From the IMG/VR virus record IMGVR_UViG_3300021182_000253: a DNA stretch of 64,000 bases, one strand, 5' to 3'. The notes beneath the pieces are model-generated. The model was not told the DNA's origin. It worked only from the letters and a program-made list of their open reading frames with translations, and searched no databases. The position numbers and the translations under genes were made by a program. Positions 48,302-58,136 of the stretch are shown here, in pieces. This DNA is from a virus. The first letter of the stretch is position 1. Every line of letters begins with the position of its first letter.

Positions 48302-48507
48302 TTTCTTGTCACCAGTTGGGTTTGCCCGTCTGTATTAAGAATCAGCAATCGGTTTCCCTTAGCCTCTTCTTCATCAACAAAGGCCTCAAGGCCGACGGCA
48401 CGGCGGATGGTTGAAGTTACGGTGTTTCCACGCCGCGCCGCCAAAGCCTTCAATACAAGCAATTCGTCTTCCGGTATGTTGAAGGTGACCTTCACGATGT
48501 TAGCCAT
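48298..48507 (-). CDS. Ribbon-helix-helix (CopG-like) regulator
   Basis: KVTFNIPEDELLVLKALAARRGNTVTSTIRRAV. Confidence 0.75.
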   Translation of the reverse strand: MANIVKVTFNIPEDELLVLKALAARRGNTVTSTIRRAVGLEAFVDEEEAKGNRLLILNTDGQTQLVTRK

Positions 48508-48587
48508 ACAACCAAGATACTTCTTAAAGCTGTATGCGTCAATATCTTTTACTGCGAAAGTATGGTTCTAAAAAATCGGCTGGCCGT

Positions 48588-49580
48588 TTAGATGTGGCAG
48601 TCCACAACCGTTAGCCAATGATCATCCGGCACTTCGGCAATCAGGGCGGTGAATTGCTTATCCCAATCCGCCTCATCCATTTCGTTGGCGACGCAAGCAA
48701 AACAATGCATCTCTCCACGTTGTGACCATTTCCTATCGCGCAAGAAACCAAAGCATGAGAATGGAGATGGGGTATTAGCCCATACCAAAGGATCTCCGGC
48801 GGTTTCCGGCACACCAACCATATTAATAAAATGTCCCCAAATGTTGGTTTTGATAGCTATTGATACCGGATGTTCTGCTGGAAGCTTCTTAATGTAATCA
48901 TATAACCTTATTGTGTTTGGGTTGGAAGTTCTCTGAGCTTCCCATTCAGCTTCGACCTGTTTCCAATTCTCACTAGCTGCCTTGAAGATTGCTTTAATTT
49001 CTTCGTGAGTGCGATGTGTCTTACCAGATAGCTCATCTAGCGCTTCATTGATCAACTTATTCCGATTATCAGAAGTCTGTTTGATCATTCCATCCCAATC
49101 AACTTCATCTTTGCGTACGGAATCAAAACCCCTTTCGTCATACAAAGATCCCATGACACCAGGCCTGCCGCGCTCACATGGGTAATTATGGCCAAGCTTT
49201 GGTTGAAGCATCCCAGACCATCTGCCGCCAACAGCCCACCAGTCCCACTTCTTGTTTGGATTTGTTCGCTGGACAACCTTTATCACTTCATTATCTTTGT
49301 TGACAGTTATGTATCCATATTTGTTTAGGCCAACAAAATCTTGAACATCATTCTCTGGTACAATTGAATAACCATAATAGTCTTGTGAAAATGTTAGTAA
49401 AGACTTTTGACGAGGCTTTTCTTCATATTCGGAACGAAGTTCTTCTGTCCTATCGATGTCCTGAATAAACTCATCGTCTGATCCTGTACATTCGAATTCA
49501 TGAAACGGAGCTAGTTGATAACCAACATTTTCATCGTTTGCCTTCTCGGATGTTACGACCAATACGGTAAAATGACTCAT
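48588..49580 (-). CDS. Conserved phage hypothetical protein
   Basis: MSHFTVLV...NPNKKWDWWAVGGRWSG...WLTVVDCHI. Confidence 0.8.
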   Translation of the reverse strand: MSHFTVLVVTSEKANDENVGYQLAPFHEFECTGSDDEFIQDIDRTEELRSEYEEKPRQKSLLTFSQDYYGYSIVPENDVQDFVGLNKYGYITVNKDNEVIKVVQRTNPNKKWDWWAVGGRWSGMLQPKLGHNYPCERGRPGVMGSLYDERGFDSVRKDEVDWDGMIKQTSDNRNKLINEALDELSGKTHRTHEEIKAIFKAASENWKQVEAEWEAQRTSNPNTIRLYDYIKKLPAEHPVSIAIKTNIWGHFINMVGVPETAGDPLVWANTPSPFSCFGFLRDRKWSQRGEMHCFACVANEMDEADWDKQFTALIAEVPDDHWLTVVDCHI

Positions 49581-49885
49581 GGTATTATCTCACTTCTAGA
49601 ATTGTTGCCAAGATGATATGTCCAAAATGTCCACTCACCATTTGCTAATTTGGGACGATGTTCACATTTATGCTGGCCGCAGAGACCATCGCAAGGATCG
49701 CATCCGGCATCCACGCAGCATTCGTAATAATAGCATGTATCGCAAATCCATCGGCCATCTTCGCACTGTGTATGCTTTAGCTCATATTCGCCCAGAATTC
49801 TAGTTGGCGGATCATCGCCATGATAGGCGATGACATCTGAACAGCCGGTCTGACACATGTTGCAGGGGCAGAAGTCGCAGAACAC
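49577..49885 (-). CDS. Cys-rich hypothetical protein
   Basis: Very high cysteine content. Confidence 0.55.
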   Translation of the reverse strand: MFCDFCPCNMCQTGCSDVIAYHGDDPPTRILGEYELKHTQCEDGRWICDTCYYYECCVDAGCDPCDGLCGQHKCEHRPKLANGEWTFWTYHLGNNSRSEIIP

Positions 49886-49891
49886 TAAACC

Positions 49892-51187
49892 TCACTTACG
49901 TCCATGGTTTTCCTCACTGATACCCTTGACACATAGAACTTGCTTGAGAGTATGTACTATTGAAACTAAGTCTGCTTGTGCAGCCATGACATCTTCTATT
50001 GGCTTGTACGCTCCTGGTGTTTCATCAATTACATCAGATTCAATACGGCATTCTACGCCTTGAACTGCTGCTCGATGGTCCTTCAAACTGAAGGTGTTGC
50101 GCGCTTCGGTGCGGCTCATCTTTCGCCCAGCACCATGAGATGCTGAACAAAAGCTTTCTCTATTGCCAAGGCCGCTCACAATAAAGCTCTTGTCTCCCAT
50201 AGATCCTGGGATAATTCCAAGTTCGCCCTTACGAGCGCTGATGGCTCCTTTGCGAGTAACCCATACTTTCTTGCCAAAATGGAATTCATTTTGGACATAG
50301 TTGTGATGACAGTTGACCTGAAGATCAGTTGCCTCGAACTTTGGAATGCCTTTGCAGCCCTTCAAAGTCTTGAGTACAGTACGCATCATCAAGTCACGAT
50401 TCATAGCCGCAAATTGCTGAGCCCATTTAACTGACTCAATAAAGTCATCAAAATACAAACTATCCTCTGGTAAAAACGAAAGGTAGATATCTGGCAAGCT
50501 ATCATTAAAGAACCACTTGATAGCCTCGCGCTTTGCAAGGTCGATGAAGTAAGATCCAATACGATTACCAACACCACGGCTTCCCGAATGTAGCATTACC
50601 CATACGCTATCATCTTCATCCAAACAAAGTTCGATGAAATTATTTCCAGTTCCAAGGGTTCCTAATTGGTTCTCTGGTGGCTGACGCGTTTTCAGTCTTG
50701 CATGCTTGGCAACAATCTTCTGATAGCCTGGCTCTAATTCAGCCCAGGCAATTTCTACGATTGAAGGTACTTCCCCGCGCCATGAGCCAATGTCATGTAC
50801 GCCGCCATTATCAGATCGTCCATTTGGAACAGCTGCTTCAATTTCAGAACGGATTGCAGCCAAGTCTTTCGGCAAGTGAGATCTCTTTAATGTGGTTTGA
50901 ACACAGGCCATTCCACATCCTATGTCAACTCCAACAGCCGCTGGAATGATCGCAGTGGTCGTTGGGATAACAGAGCCGATAGTAGCCCCTTCGCCAACGT
51001 GCACGTCAGGCATTGCCGCTACATGGCGGAATATGAATGGCATATTGGCAACGTTGAAGAGTTGCTTCTGCGCGCCTTCTTCTACAGTAACCCCAACAGT
51101 CCAGGACTTGATTGGAAATTTAGCTCCAGTAATTAAGTTAATGTTATCATGACGATAAACATTCATGTTTGAGTAATCGTTTGCCAT
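49892..51187 (-). CDS. rtcB: RNA 3'-phosphate/5'-OH ligase RtcB
   Basis: MPDVH, VGVDIGCG, GTLGTGNNFIE, LHSGSRG, HHNY, SASHGAGR, DETPGAYK. Confidence 0.96.
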   Translation of the reverse strand: MANDYSNMNVYRHDNINLITGAKFPIKSWTVGVTVEEGAQKQLFNVANMPFIFRHVAAMPDVHVGEGATIGSVIPTTTAIIPAAVGVDIGCGMACVQTTLKRSHLPKDLAAIRSEIEAAVPNGRSDNGGVHDIGSWRGEVPSIVEIAWAELEPGYQKIVAKHARLKTRQPPENQLGTLGTGNNFIELCLDEDDSVWVMLHSGSRGVGNRIGSYFIDLAKREAIKWFFNDSLPDIYLSFLPEDSLYFDDFIESVKWAQQFAAMNRDLMMRTVLKTLKGCKGIPKFEATDLQVNCHHNYVQNEFHFGKKVWVTRKGAISARKGELGIIPGSMGDKSFIVSGLGNRESFCSASHGAGRKMSRTEARNTFSLKDHRAAVQGVECRIESDVIDETPGAYKPIEDVMAAQADLVSIVHTLKQVLCVKGISEENHGRK

Positions 51188-51246
51188 ATTAAATTTATTG
51201 CGAGCATACGCCCGCTATCCCGATTGTCTAAGACAATCCCACATTA

Positions 51247-51275
51247 ATTATATAATCGAATCTTGTATATTACAA
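51247..51275 (-). promoter_or_regulatory. sigma70-like promoter for rtcB
   Basis: TTGTAA-N17-TATAAT. Confidence 0.6.
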
Positions 51276-51300
51276 GGATATGAGGACCAGAATTCTCGAC

Positions 51301-51789
51301 CTAAATATTAGCGTAGTGTTTTGGGTTGAATGTATTTGTTTTGGGCGCTTCGTATCTTGGTTTTGGTTTTACTTCGAGTCTTGAGATTTGGATTTGTTCC
51401 TGCCCACAAATTGAAGTGAATACTGTGAAGAATATGCCAGGAACCAAATCAATCTCGAATAATCCAATTGCCTCACCAACATAATACCTATCTCCGTTTT
51501 GGTCTATCATTGGATGTATATCGATAGAGAACCTTCCGTTGTTTATAGCGACCCCGCCGCTGCCTCTGGCCTTACTGCGCCGCGATGGATCGATTGGGCC
51601 TATTTGAAGTTCTTCAGCTCCTGATTCAGCCAGGAACACCATGAATGATGCCCCCTTCTCAAACTTCATAATCGCTGGAAATTGTAGTTTTCCGATGAAG
51701 TAAGGGTTACCGGCGTTATCTTTTGGAACCCTTATCAAGTTGATTGGGCACTTGGCTTCAGGATCAATTTGTAGATTTTCCATTATCAA
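51301..51789 (-). CDS. Hypothetical protein (internal duplication ..YFIGK / ..YYVGE)
   Basis: 162 aa. Confidence 0.65.
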   Translation of the reverse strand: MIMENLQIDPEAKCPINLIRVPKDNAGNPYFIGKLQFPAIMKFEKGASFMVFLAESGAEELQIGPIDPSRRSKARGSGGVAINNGRFSIDIHPMIDQNGDRYYVGEAIGLFEIDLVPGIFFTVFTSICGQEQIQISRLEVKPKPRYEAPKTNTFNPKHYANI

Positions 51790-52130
51790 TTTCCGTTCTT
51801 GGTTTGTTTTTTGAGACCAACAATTAATCTGGTAAGAGTTTCTGATGGTATTTGTCCAATGAATTTACCAGAGGAACAAATGATAGTAACCTTTTCCACT
51901 TGAGATATTTTACAAACACCTCCATCTCTTCCTTGTTTTATTTCGTATCCTGTAATTATTCCACTTTTAATACACAAAGATAAAGCCTTCTTGAACCGAT
52001 CTATCTCCAAACCAGATTTGGCTCTGCTCTCGAATTTTGAGAATATTACAGAACGTGGAACAACTTTTCCTTCTTTGCAACAATCTTGGAGTACAGAGAT
52101 TAGAATTGCCAGATGATCTTCTTGCATCAA
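51786..52130 (-). CDS. Hypothetical protein (possible winged helix)
   Basis: Coupled ORF. Confidence 0.55.
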   Translation of the reverse strand: MMQEDHLAILISVLQDCCKEGKVVPRSVIFSKFESRAKSGLEIDRFKKALSLCIKSGIITGYEIKQGRDGGVCKISQVEKVTIICSSGKFIGQIPSETLTRLIVGLKKQTKNGN

Positions 52131-52912
52131 AAATCTCGCTCTGGTCTGAAGATATCACTTCCGGTTGTTAGTATAGTTCGAAGTCTTTCCCTTTCTTTCT
52201 TATCAGCGAATAGAGGTACATCAAAATCCAATATCCATTTGTGGTGCGTAACCTCTCCCTCTGCTGTTTGGACTAGCCTGGGGGCTACGTACGCGGCAGA
52301 TCCATGATGGAATGATGCCGGAAAATCATCGAGCGATATGCCGGCATCGTCAAGTATCTTCTTGCGCTCCTCTACACCTACACCATTTAAAGCGGCACTG
52401 CGCCCTATAAGCGAGTAGATTGATTCATCAATGGCGTACTGCATACAACAAAACTGCCTATACATTATGTAGTTTATTACTTCGCTAATATTTGGAATAC
52501 CAAATACATTTGCTTTAAAAGCTATACTGCCTTCAAGCTCTGGGGGCTGGTCGATTTCCCATAGTTGATTCATGAACTCGTAGGTTGCCATCGATGCTGA
52601 TGACGAGCACATGTCCTGAACATCATTTCCGAACCAAGGATCTTCATCTTCGCTGCGGTCATTGCGCAGAGCAATTATGATCTTGTCCGAGTATTGGTAG
52701 CCAAATACCGCGCCGTCAATTTGCTTGACGAGAGATAACATGGTTCCGTTGAACATCGCCATTGTTTTATGACAGAAAGGCTTCTGTATATTTTGGGTGG
52801 CTCTTGAAAATGAGCGACCATCAATTTTTATTATAACTGGGATTCTACTGATTATTCTCTGCGAAGTAGATCCCTCATAGGCTATCATTCTCTGCTTTAG
52901 TGTTTGAGCCAT
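52127..52912 (-). CDS. tRNA(His) guanylyltransferase Thg1-like protein
   Basis: IKIDGRSFSRAT and YQYSDKI (both catalytic Asp), F.ANVF..P. Confidence 0.85.
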   Translation of the reverse strand: MAQTLKQRMIAYEGSTSQRIISRIPVIIKIDGRSFSRATQNIQKPFCHKTMAMFNGTMLSLVKQIDGAVFGYQYSDKIIIALRNDRSEDEDPWFGNDVQDMCSSSASMATYEFMNQLWEIDQPPELEGSIAFKANVFGIPNISEVINYIMYRQFCCMQYAIDESIYSLIGRSAALNGVGVEERKKILDDAGISLDDFPASFHHGSAAYVAPRLVQTAEGEVTHHKWILDFDVPLFADKKERERLRTILTTGSDIFRPERDF

Positions 52913-52933
52913 ACATTCTCGATGGCTCCATAT

Positions 52934-53179
52934 TCAGGGCGCGTTGCCTGGTTCAGTACTCATGGGAGCCCTACCTCTGTAATATACCTCTACATTCTTG
53001 TTTCTTTGCGCATGAATATCAATCATTGAATCAGAGGAGATTCCGCATCCTGGACATTTTGTCCGCAAGATTGCCCCATCTTTTCCATGAAAATCAAGTT
53101 CACTTCCGCAAATACTGCAAGATAATAGCTTGTTCTGTGTTGATTGCATAATGCTATATTCTGGCATAGAACATGCCAT
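52934..53179 (-). CDS. Zn-ribbon hypothetical protein
   Basis: CSICG...CPGCG. Confidence 0.45.
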   Translation of the reverse strand: MACSMPEYSIMQSTQNKLLSCSICGSELDFHGKDGAILRTKCPGCGISSDSMIDIHAQRNKNVEVYYRGRAPMSTEPGNAP

Positions 53180-53212
53180 ATGTCAAGGCAATGTTTCCGG
53201 CCATTTGGCCAG

Positions 53213-53743
53213 TTACCAGATGAGGTATTTGGGCGGCACTGTTTCGGTTAGCCAAACGTTGTTGGTTGAGCGTTTGAACTGATAGCCGTCCGCTGACATT
53301 TGTTTTGCGCTAATAGTCAAGACACAAGGATTCCTACGCCGCTTCTTTGCGATGTCAAGCGCTTTATCTTTGTCATCGAACAGATGAACATCATGGCGTT
53401 CCATCTTCAACAATCCAAGTTCTGATATTCTTTTATTGTTTTCGTTAGATGTTCCGTGATAGAGAAACTCTGGTGGTTCAATTATCTCATATCCAAGATC
53501 AACATCAATCGAATGTCCCTGGCTAGCGCGAATGTTCTTTTTGTTCTCGCTGAATTCGAAGCGTTTCTTATCATTCTTTTCAACAACTTCTTCTAGCTCA
53601 GACAAATTCCATTTGATAGATTTAAGAAGATTATTTACTGATACCCACCCTTGCTCATCAAGAGTTAGCCCAGCTTTAGATGGATCATGTCTTAGAATAA
53701 GGCTAAGGTATTTGCTTCTTTTTATTAGTTCTTTTGATTCCAT
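53213..53743 (-). CDS. kptA: RNA 2'-phosphotransferase Tpt1/KptA
   Basis: SKYLSLILRHDP, IRASQGHS, LYHGT, VHL, VWLT..VP. Confidence 0.95.
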   Translation of the reverse strand: MESKELIKRSKYLSLILRHDPSKAGLTLDEQGWVSVNNLLKSIKWNLSELEEVVEKNDKKRFEFSENKKNIRASQGHSIDVDLGYEIIEPPEFLYHGTSNENNKRISELGLLKMERHDVHLFDDKDKALDIAKKRRRNPCVLTISAKQMSADGYQFKRSTNNVWLTETVPPKYLIW

Positions 53744-53746
53744 TAT

Positions 53747-55126
53747 TTACCATCTTGAAAGAGATATTGATAGTTGGTTTTCTTGAGCCCATTTCTGAAT
53801 GATTTTGAATTCTTCAGATGTTGATTGTCTATTACGCATGCCGCGTACCTGTGATATTTGCCTGCCCCTAACCTCAATGGTAACGGCTCTATCACCATTA
53901 AATGTCATTGACCATATTGAGCAATGGCCTTGTTCGATAGACCACGAATAAGAGAGTACACAATGCTTAAGTGCAGAGCCCTCGGCATGAAGTAGTTTCG
54001 ATGTTAGGATTTCATTGATGTCACAAGTTAAAGTAACAGAGTTACCATCTGCAGTGCGATGCTTGAATTCGTAATGCCCCGCCTTAATACCAGATGGCTT
54101 ATATTCTTTCCCAACAACAGCCCTGCGCTTTGCAAGGTCTGCGTGCCACTCCTCCATCCCGCGCATCATTGCTAGAACACTGCGCCCCTTCATAGAGAAG
54201 TCTTCTCTAAACCCTCCTTCTGCGATTGGCCGGTTATAGCGATACCAAATATAATCACAGAGCGGCCCGAACTGCTGCATGTCCATCATTGGATTTCGTG
54301 AGAACCAATGAATAACAGAATCGAGAAATGTTTCATCTCTGATGCTTGATAATTTATTACCAGCATCGCGCATCATCAAAGCCTTCAATAGCCTCTTATC
54401 CCCGCCGTGGCTTTGAATCTGTACACGCCTAAGCGCATTCATGAATGTGCTATCTGAAGTTGAATTTAGAAATTCATGACATTGTTTATTGGTTAATGTA
54501 ACCGGAAATTCTCCGGACTTGCACATCTTTGCAAAGCTATCTCCACGGGCTATTTTGATGACAGCCAGAATTATTGCATGTTCTCCTATTGGGCATCCAT
54601 CAACAGTATTTAGAAGGGCACGTGCCTGCGTAACTGATCCTGGTATCTCTGGTCTTGGTTCGGCACAGTAATTAAAGACTCTAAGATCGTTGCGAACAAC
54701 ATCTTGTTCCCAAAAGGCAGACCAAATAAATTGCGGCGTTGAAAATTTTGCCAGCAAATGATCGCAAAGAGAATTGAAGATTGTAGTCTTTCCCTTGCCG
54801 CGAGGTTCCCAGTCCTTGATGTGCCTGAAGTGATCCAGTATGCTTACGAGGCGCACTGCATGTATATATTCTTTATCCAGGAGTTTCGGCGCTTTTTTCT
54901 CAATGGCCAGCCAGAACTCGGTTGGTTCTTCACCTATAGATTTATCTTCACCTATAAATTTAATAGAATCCAATAATGATCTCTTCTTGTTATTATTCGC
55001 AATAGCTTCTTCGACGAGCTGGTTTTCCTTTTCAGCCTCGGCATCGAGACGCAGCTTTATCTGGCGCTCTTCGGCGCGTTGCGAATTGACCCAATCTCGG
55101 GTCGCTTCTCTACTCGAACGTTTCAT
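53747..55126 (-). CDS. PcfJ-domain protein
   Basis: KGRSVLAMMR..EEWH..L; LHAEGSALKHCVLSY...SIWS...TIEV...QVRG.RN. Confidence 0.8.
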   Translation of the reverse strand: MKRSSREATRDWVNSQRAEERQIKLRLDAEAEKENQLVEEAIANNNKKRSLLDSIKFIGEDKSIGEEPTEFWLAIEKKAPKLLDKEYIHAVRLVSILDHFRHIKDWEPRGKGKTTIFNSLCDHLLAKFSTPQFIWSAFWEQDVVRNDLRVFNYCAEPRPEIPGSVTQARALLNTVDGCPIGEHAIILAVIKIARGDSFAKMCKSGEFPVTLTNKQCHEFLNSTSDSTFMNALRRVQIQSHGGDKRLLKALMMRDAGNKLSSIRDETFLDSVIHWFSRNPMMDMQQFGPLCDYIWYRYNRPIAEGGFREDFSMKGRSVLAMMRGMEEWHADLAKRRAVVGKEYKPSGIKAGHYEFKHRTADGNSVTLTCDINEILTSKLLHAEGSALKHCVLSYSWSIEQGHCSIWSMTFNGDRAVTIEVRGRQISQVRGMRNRQSTSEEFKIIQKWAQENQLSISLSRW

Positions 55127-57078
55127 GGTGTCCTTGGGAGGTCAATAGGGTGCGGGGAGGCCCGAGCCATTGCGAGGAAATCTGCCTCAGATATTAGTTC
55201 TGTTCCCAGCTTACGAGCGGCATGAGCTTTGGCACTCGCGCTGGACGTATCATCTATAACTAGGTACGTGGTACCTTTGCCAACTGACTTATCAACTTCA
55301 CCGCCTCCAGCCGTCACCAAACTCTGAAGTTGCTTGCGTGGCGTTTCCATTGTGCCAGTGAAGGCGAAGTGCTTGCCAGTGAATGAGCCATTGATTTTTG
55401 CTTTAATGGTCACCCCAGCGCTAAGGATGTCCTCAATTCTTTCTTCGTTTTCTTCCAGTCCATCTAGAAGAGCGTTGGCCCGCTTCGATCCAAACCCAGA
55501 AACTTGTTCCAGCCGATGTGGTGAGAGTGCACGTATCTTGTCCAGAGTATCATAGCCGGCATTCATAACTGACTTCACTGTAGAAGTTGCCACACCATCA
55601 ATGCAGAGGCCGCCGAGGAAGTTCTCCAGAGTTACTGCGCGGTACTTGTCAAGTTCCTTCAAAAGTTTCTCAGCGCCCTTATCGCCCATGCGTTCGAGGC
55701 TGGTGATATCTGAAGCCTTGAGCCGATACATGTCAGCGATGTCAGTGACCTTGCCGGCTGCGATGAGTTTGGTGAGGATTGACTCTCCCCATTCAAGAAT
55801 ACCAAGTTCCTTGATCCATTTGTTCAATCTGCCGATAACCTGTGCTGGGCAGGTCTTTTTGTTCGGACAGCGAACGTATTCGCCCAGGCGCGTGGTTTTG
55901 GTACCGCAATCAGGGCAATGTTCTGGGATTCCAAAATATCCGTTGTTTGGTTTGGTAACTTCTTTGACGCACGGAATTACATCATTAGCCCTGGTCACCA
56001 AGACTTCTGCACCAATATTGACGCCGAGTTCTTTTACCAGAGAAAAGTTATGTAGGGTTGCCCTCTTGATTTTTGCTCCGAGCAATTCAACTTCTTCGAA
56101 CTCAGCAACCGGAGTGATGATGCCAGTATCGCCAACTTGGCACACGATGTCTGTAACAATGGTGCGAGCTTCGGGAGCTTCGAATTTGAAAGCGATGGAT
56201 CCTTTGGGGCCTCTTCCTTCATCACCAAGAGCGTATCGATCTGCGCGATCATTGATGTGACCAACAAGACCATCAATGTCGTAGTCAAGACCATCGCGCG
56301 TCTTATCCATGTATTCCTGCCACATCTTCTTCAGATCTTTGACAGTACCCACTACGTAATTAGGGGTCTTGAAACCAATACTCTTCAACCAATCGTAGGC
56401 TTCAACTTCAGTCTTGAACTCTTTGCCTTCGATGGTGTACGCAAAGATGGTGAGATGTTCGCAACCATCTCCATCAGAACGCTTTGCCATTCCGGTAGCG
56501 TTGCGCGTATTCGCCATTTCCGGCAAATACTTTTTCCAAATCGAACGCAAAAGAATTACTTCCCCTCGGATGTGACCGGAGAATCCTTTGATTTCAAACG
56601 GAACCCCAGACATCTTTCGCACGTTTCGTGTGATGTTTTCCCCGATATCGCCATCACCACGAGTAGCACCGCAGATCAACTTACCTTTCTCATACTTCAA
56701 GCTGATGGACATTCCATCCATCTTCTCGGTTAGAAGAATGAACTTTGGGCCATTACATTTCTTGAACCAAATATCAAGTTCTTCTGGCGTATTCGCCTTG
56801 TTCAGCGAAGCCATTGGAACTTCATGCTGATACTTTGGCCAGTTGCCATCCGCAGGCGGCGGTGCCCCAATACGAGTAAGCGCATCATGAATACGTTCGG
56901 CAAGCTGGATATCAGCTTTTGCCTTGTGTTCGCGGCTCAGAAAGTCTTTGGATTGTGAGGCTAGCTGATCTTTCAGACCATCGTACTCTTGATCTGAGAC
57001 TAAGGAAACGAAGTCGTTGTAATAAGAATTGTCGTACTTATCAATCTGATCAACTAGTTCTTTGAGACTACTAGGCAT
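55123..57078 (-). CDS. ligA: NAD-dependent DNA ligase
   Basis: EKMDG adenylation motif, TRGDG, RGE, DGLV, AFKF, ATLHN, Zn finger, HhH, BRCT; start refined to MPSSL. Confidence 0.97.
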   Translation of the reverse strand: MPSSLKELVDQIDKYDNSYYNDFVSLVSDQEYDGLKDQLASQSKDFLSREHKAKADIQLAERIHDALTRIGAPPPADGNWPKYQHEVPMASLNKANTPEELDIWFKKCNGPKFILLTEKMDGMSISLKYEKGKLICGATRGDGDIGENITRNVRKMSGVPFEIKGFSGHIRGEVILLRSIWKKYLPEMANTRNATGMAKRSDGDGCEHLTIFAYTIEGKEFKTEVEAYDWLKSIGFKTPNYVVGTVKDLKKMWQEYMDKTRDGLDYDIDGLVGHINDRADRYALGDEGRGPKGSIAFKFEAPEARTIVTDIVCQVGDTGIITPVAEFEEVELLGAKIKRATLHNFSLVKELGVNIGAEVLVTRANDVIPCVKEVTKPNNGYFGIPEHCPDCGTKTTRLGEYVRCPNKKTCPAQVIGRLNKWIKELGILEWGESILTKLIAAGKVTDIADMYRLKASDITSLERMGDKGAEKLLKELDKYRAVTLENFLGGLCIDGVATSTVKSVMNAGYDTLDKIRALSPHRLEQVSGFGSKRANALLDGLEENEERIEDILSAGVTIKAKINGSFTGKHFAFTGTMETPRKQLQSLVTAGGGEVDKSVGKGTTYLVIDDTSSASAKAHAARKLGTELISEADFLAMARASPHPIDLPRTP

Positions 57079-57484
57079 TAGAATTATCTTTCTTATCAGA
57101 CCACGACACAATTCGAGGCCTGGGTCGCGGAACTTCCGGTTGCGGTTGTTCTTGCTTCTCTGCTGCTGCCGCTGCTTGCTTCTGGGCTTCCATTTTATCG
57201 CGAAGTTGTTGTTTGTAACCGGCAATGGAGAAGTTAGTTTTTGGGTGGAACTCCGACCTCTTGACCGAAGCATCTCCGTTCTTTTGGACTTCGCGCCAAA
57301 TAAGGTAGGCGTAGAATTGGTTTTGGGCGGCTGCCAGGATGCCACCGAACGGCCCTTTGGTCTTGGACCTGAATTCGCCAACCACTATATAAGGAGGATC
57401 AGTGCCCAATCCGCAGCCATATTTAGAGATCACATCCTTCAACTCAGGGACAGTAGTTCCAAATTTGGCAGGGCGTTTTGTCAT
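57071..57484 (-). CDS. Hypothetical protein
   Basis: Own promoter and RBS; stop overlaps the ligA start. Confidence 0.6.
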   Translation of the reverse strand: MTKRPAKFGTTVPELKDVISKYGCGLGTDPPYIVVGEFRSKTKGPFGGILAAAQNQFYAYLIWREVQKNGDASVKRSEFHPKTNFSIAGYKQQLRDKMEAQKQAAAAAEKQEQPQPEVPRPRPRIVSWSDKKDNSNA

Positions 57485-57493
57485 GATGTCCTT

Positions 57494-57522
57494 ATAATAA
57501 CTTAGAAAAATTAGACAGTCAA
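57494..57522 (-). promoter_or_regulatory. sigma70-like promoter for the ligA operon
   Basis: TTGACT-N17-TATTAT. Confidence 0.6.
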
Positions 57523-57554
57523 CACTTTCTTTCTAATAATGGGGCATAGATAAT

Positions 57555-58043
57555 ATGGATTTTGAAAGTCTTTTGAAATATGCCCAGTTGTATTCTGAGG
57601 CTGCTAATCATCCCAGAGCTGATTACATGAGAGCCTACATGGCTAATCGGTATCATCAGAAGCGTCAAGAAGTGATTGACCGATTAGGCGGCCGATGCAC
57701 TCGCTGTGGAAGTACAGAAGGACAATTCCACCTCGACCACAAAGACAAGTCCAAGAAGACCATGCGCGCATCAGACCTTCACTCGGTGAACGATAAGAGA
57801 TTCGAGAGTGAAATCAAGAACCTCCAGATCTTATGCGAGGATTGCCATAGAGAGAAGACGAAAGAAGCTTGGGACTATTCTACACCAAAGCCTACGCACG
57901 GTACATACTGGATGTATCGGAAGCACCGCTGTCGCTGTCCGGCCTGCGTGAAAGCCTACCAAGAAAAGCAGAAGGAGTGGCGCAAGGATCAGAAGAAGAA
58001 CCGTCACCAGGAACTTCAAAAGATGCTGGCCGAACATTCGTAA
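57555..58043 (+). CDS. HNH endonuclease with C-terminal Cys/His motif
   Basis: GGRCTRCG..FHLDH...NLQILCEDCHREKT; HGTYWMYRKHRCRCPAC. Confidence 0.88.
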   Translation: MDFESLLKYAQLYSEAANHPRADYMRAYMANRYHQKRQEVIDRLGGRCTRCGSTEGQFHLDHKDKSKKTMRASDLHSVNDKRFESEIKNLQILCEDCHREKTKEAWDYSTPKPTHGTYWMYRKHRCRCPACVKAYQEKQKEWRKDQKKNRHQELQKMLAEHS

Positions 58044-58136
58044 GCATACCGGCCACTCGTTCGACACCTTCACTATTAGAAGGGATGATTAGACTTTCCT
58101 TTGCGCGCCTGTTGAATCACGTTTCAACCCTTCATT

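Noticed and set aside
14212-57078. Inteins or group I introns in topA, rtcB or ligA, given the many HNH genes
   Set aside because: Each of these genes reads as one continuous ORF of normal length with ordered motifs; the HNH genes are free-standing.
57079-57381. 101-aa N-terminal extension of LigA in the ORF track
   Set aside because: It overlaps the upstream 137-aa gene in another frame; LigA homology starts at MPSSL (57078).
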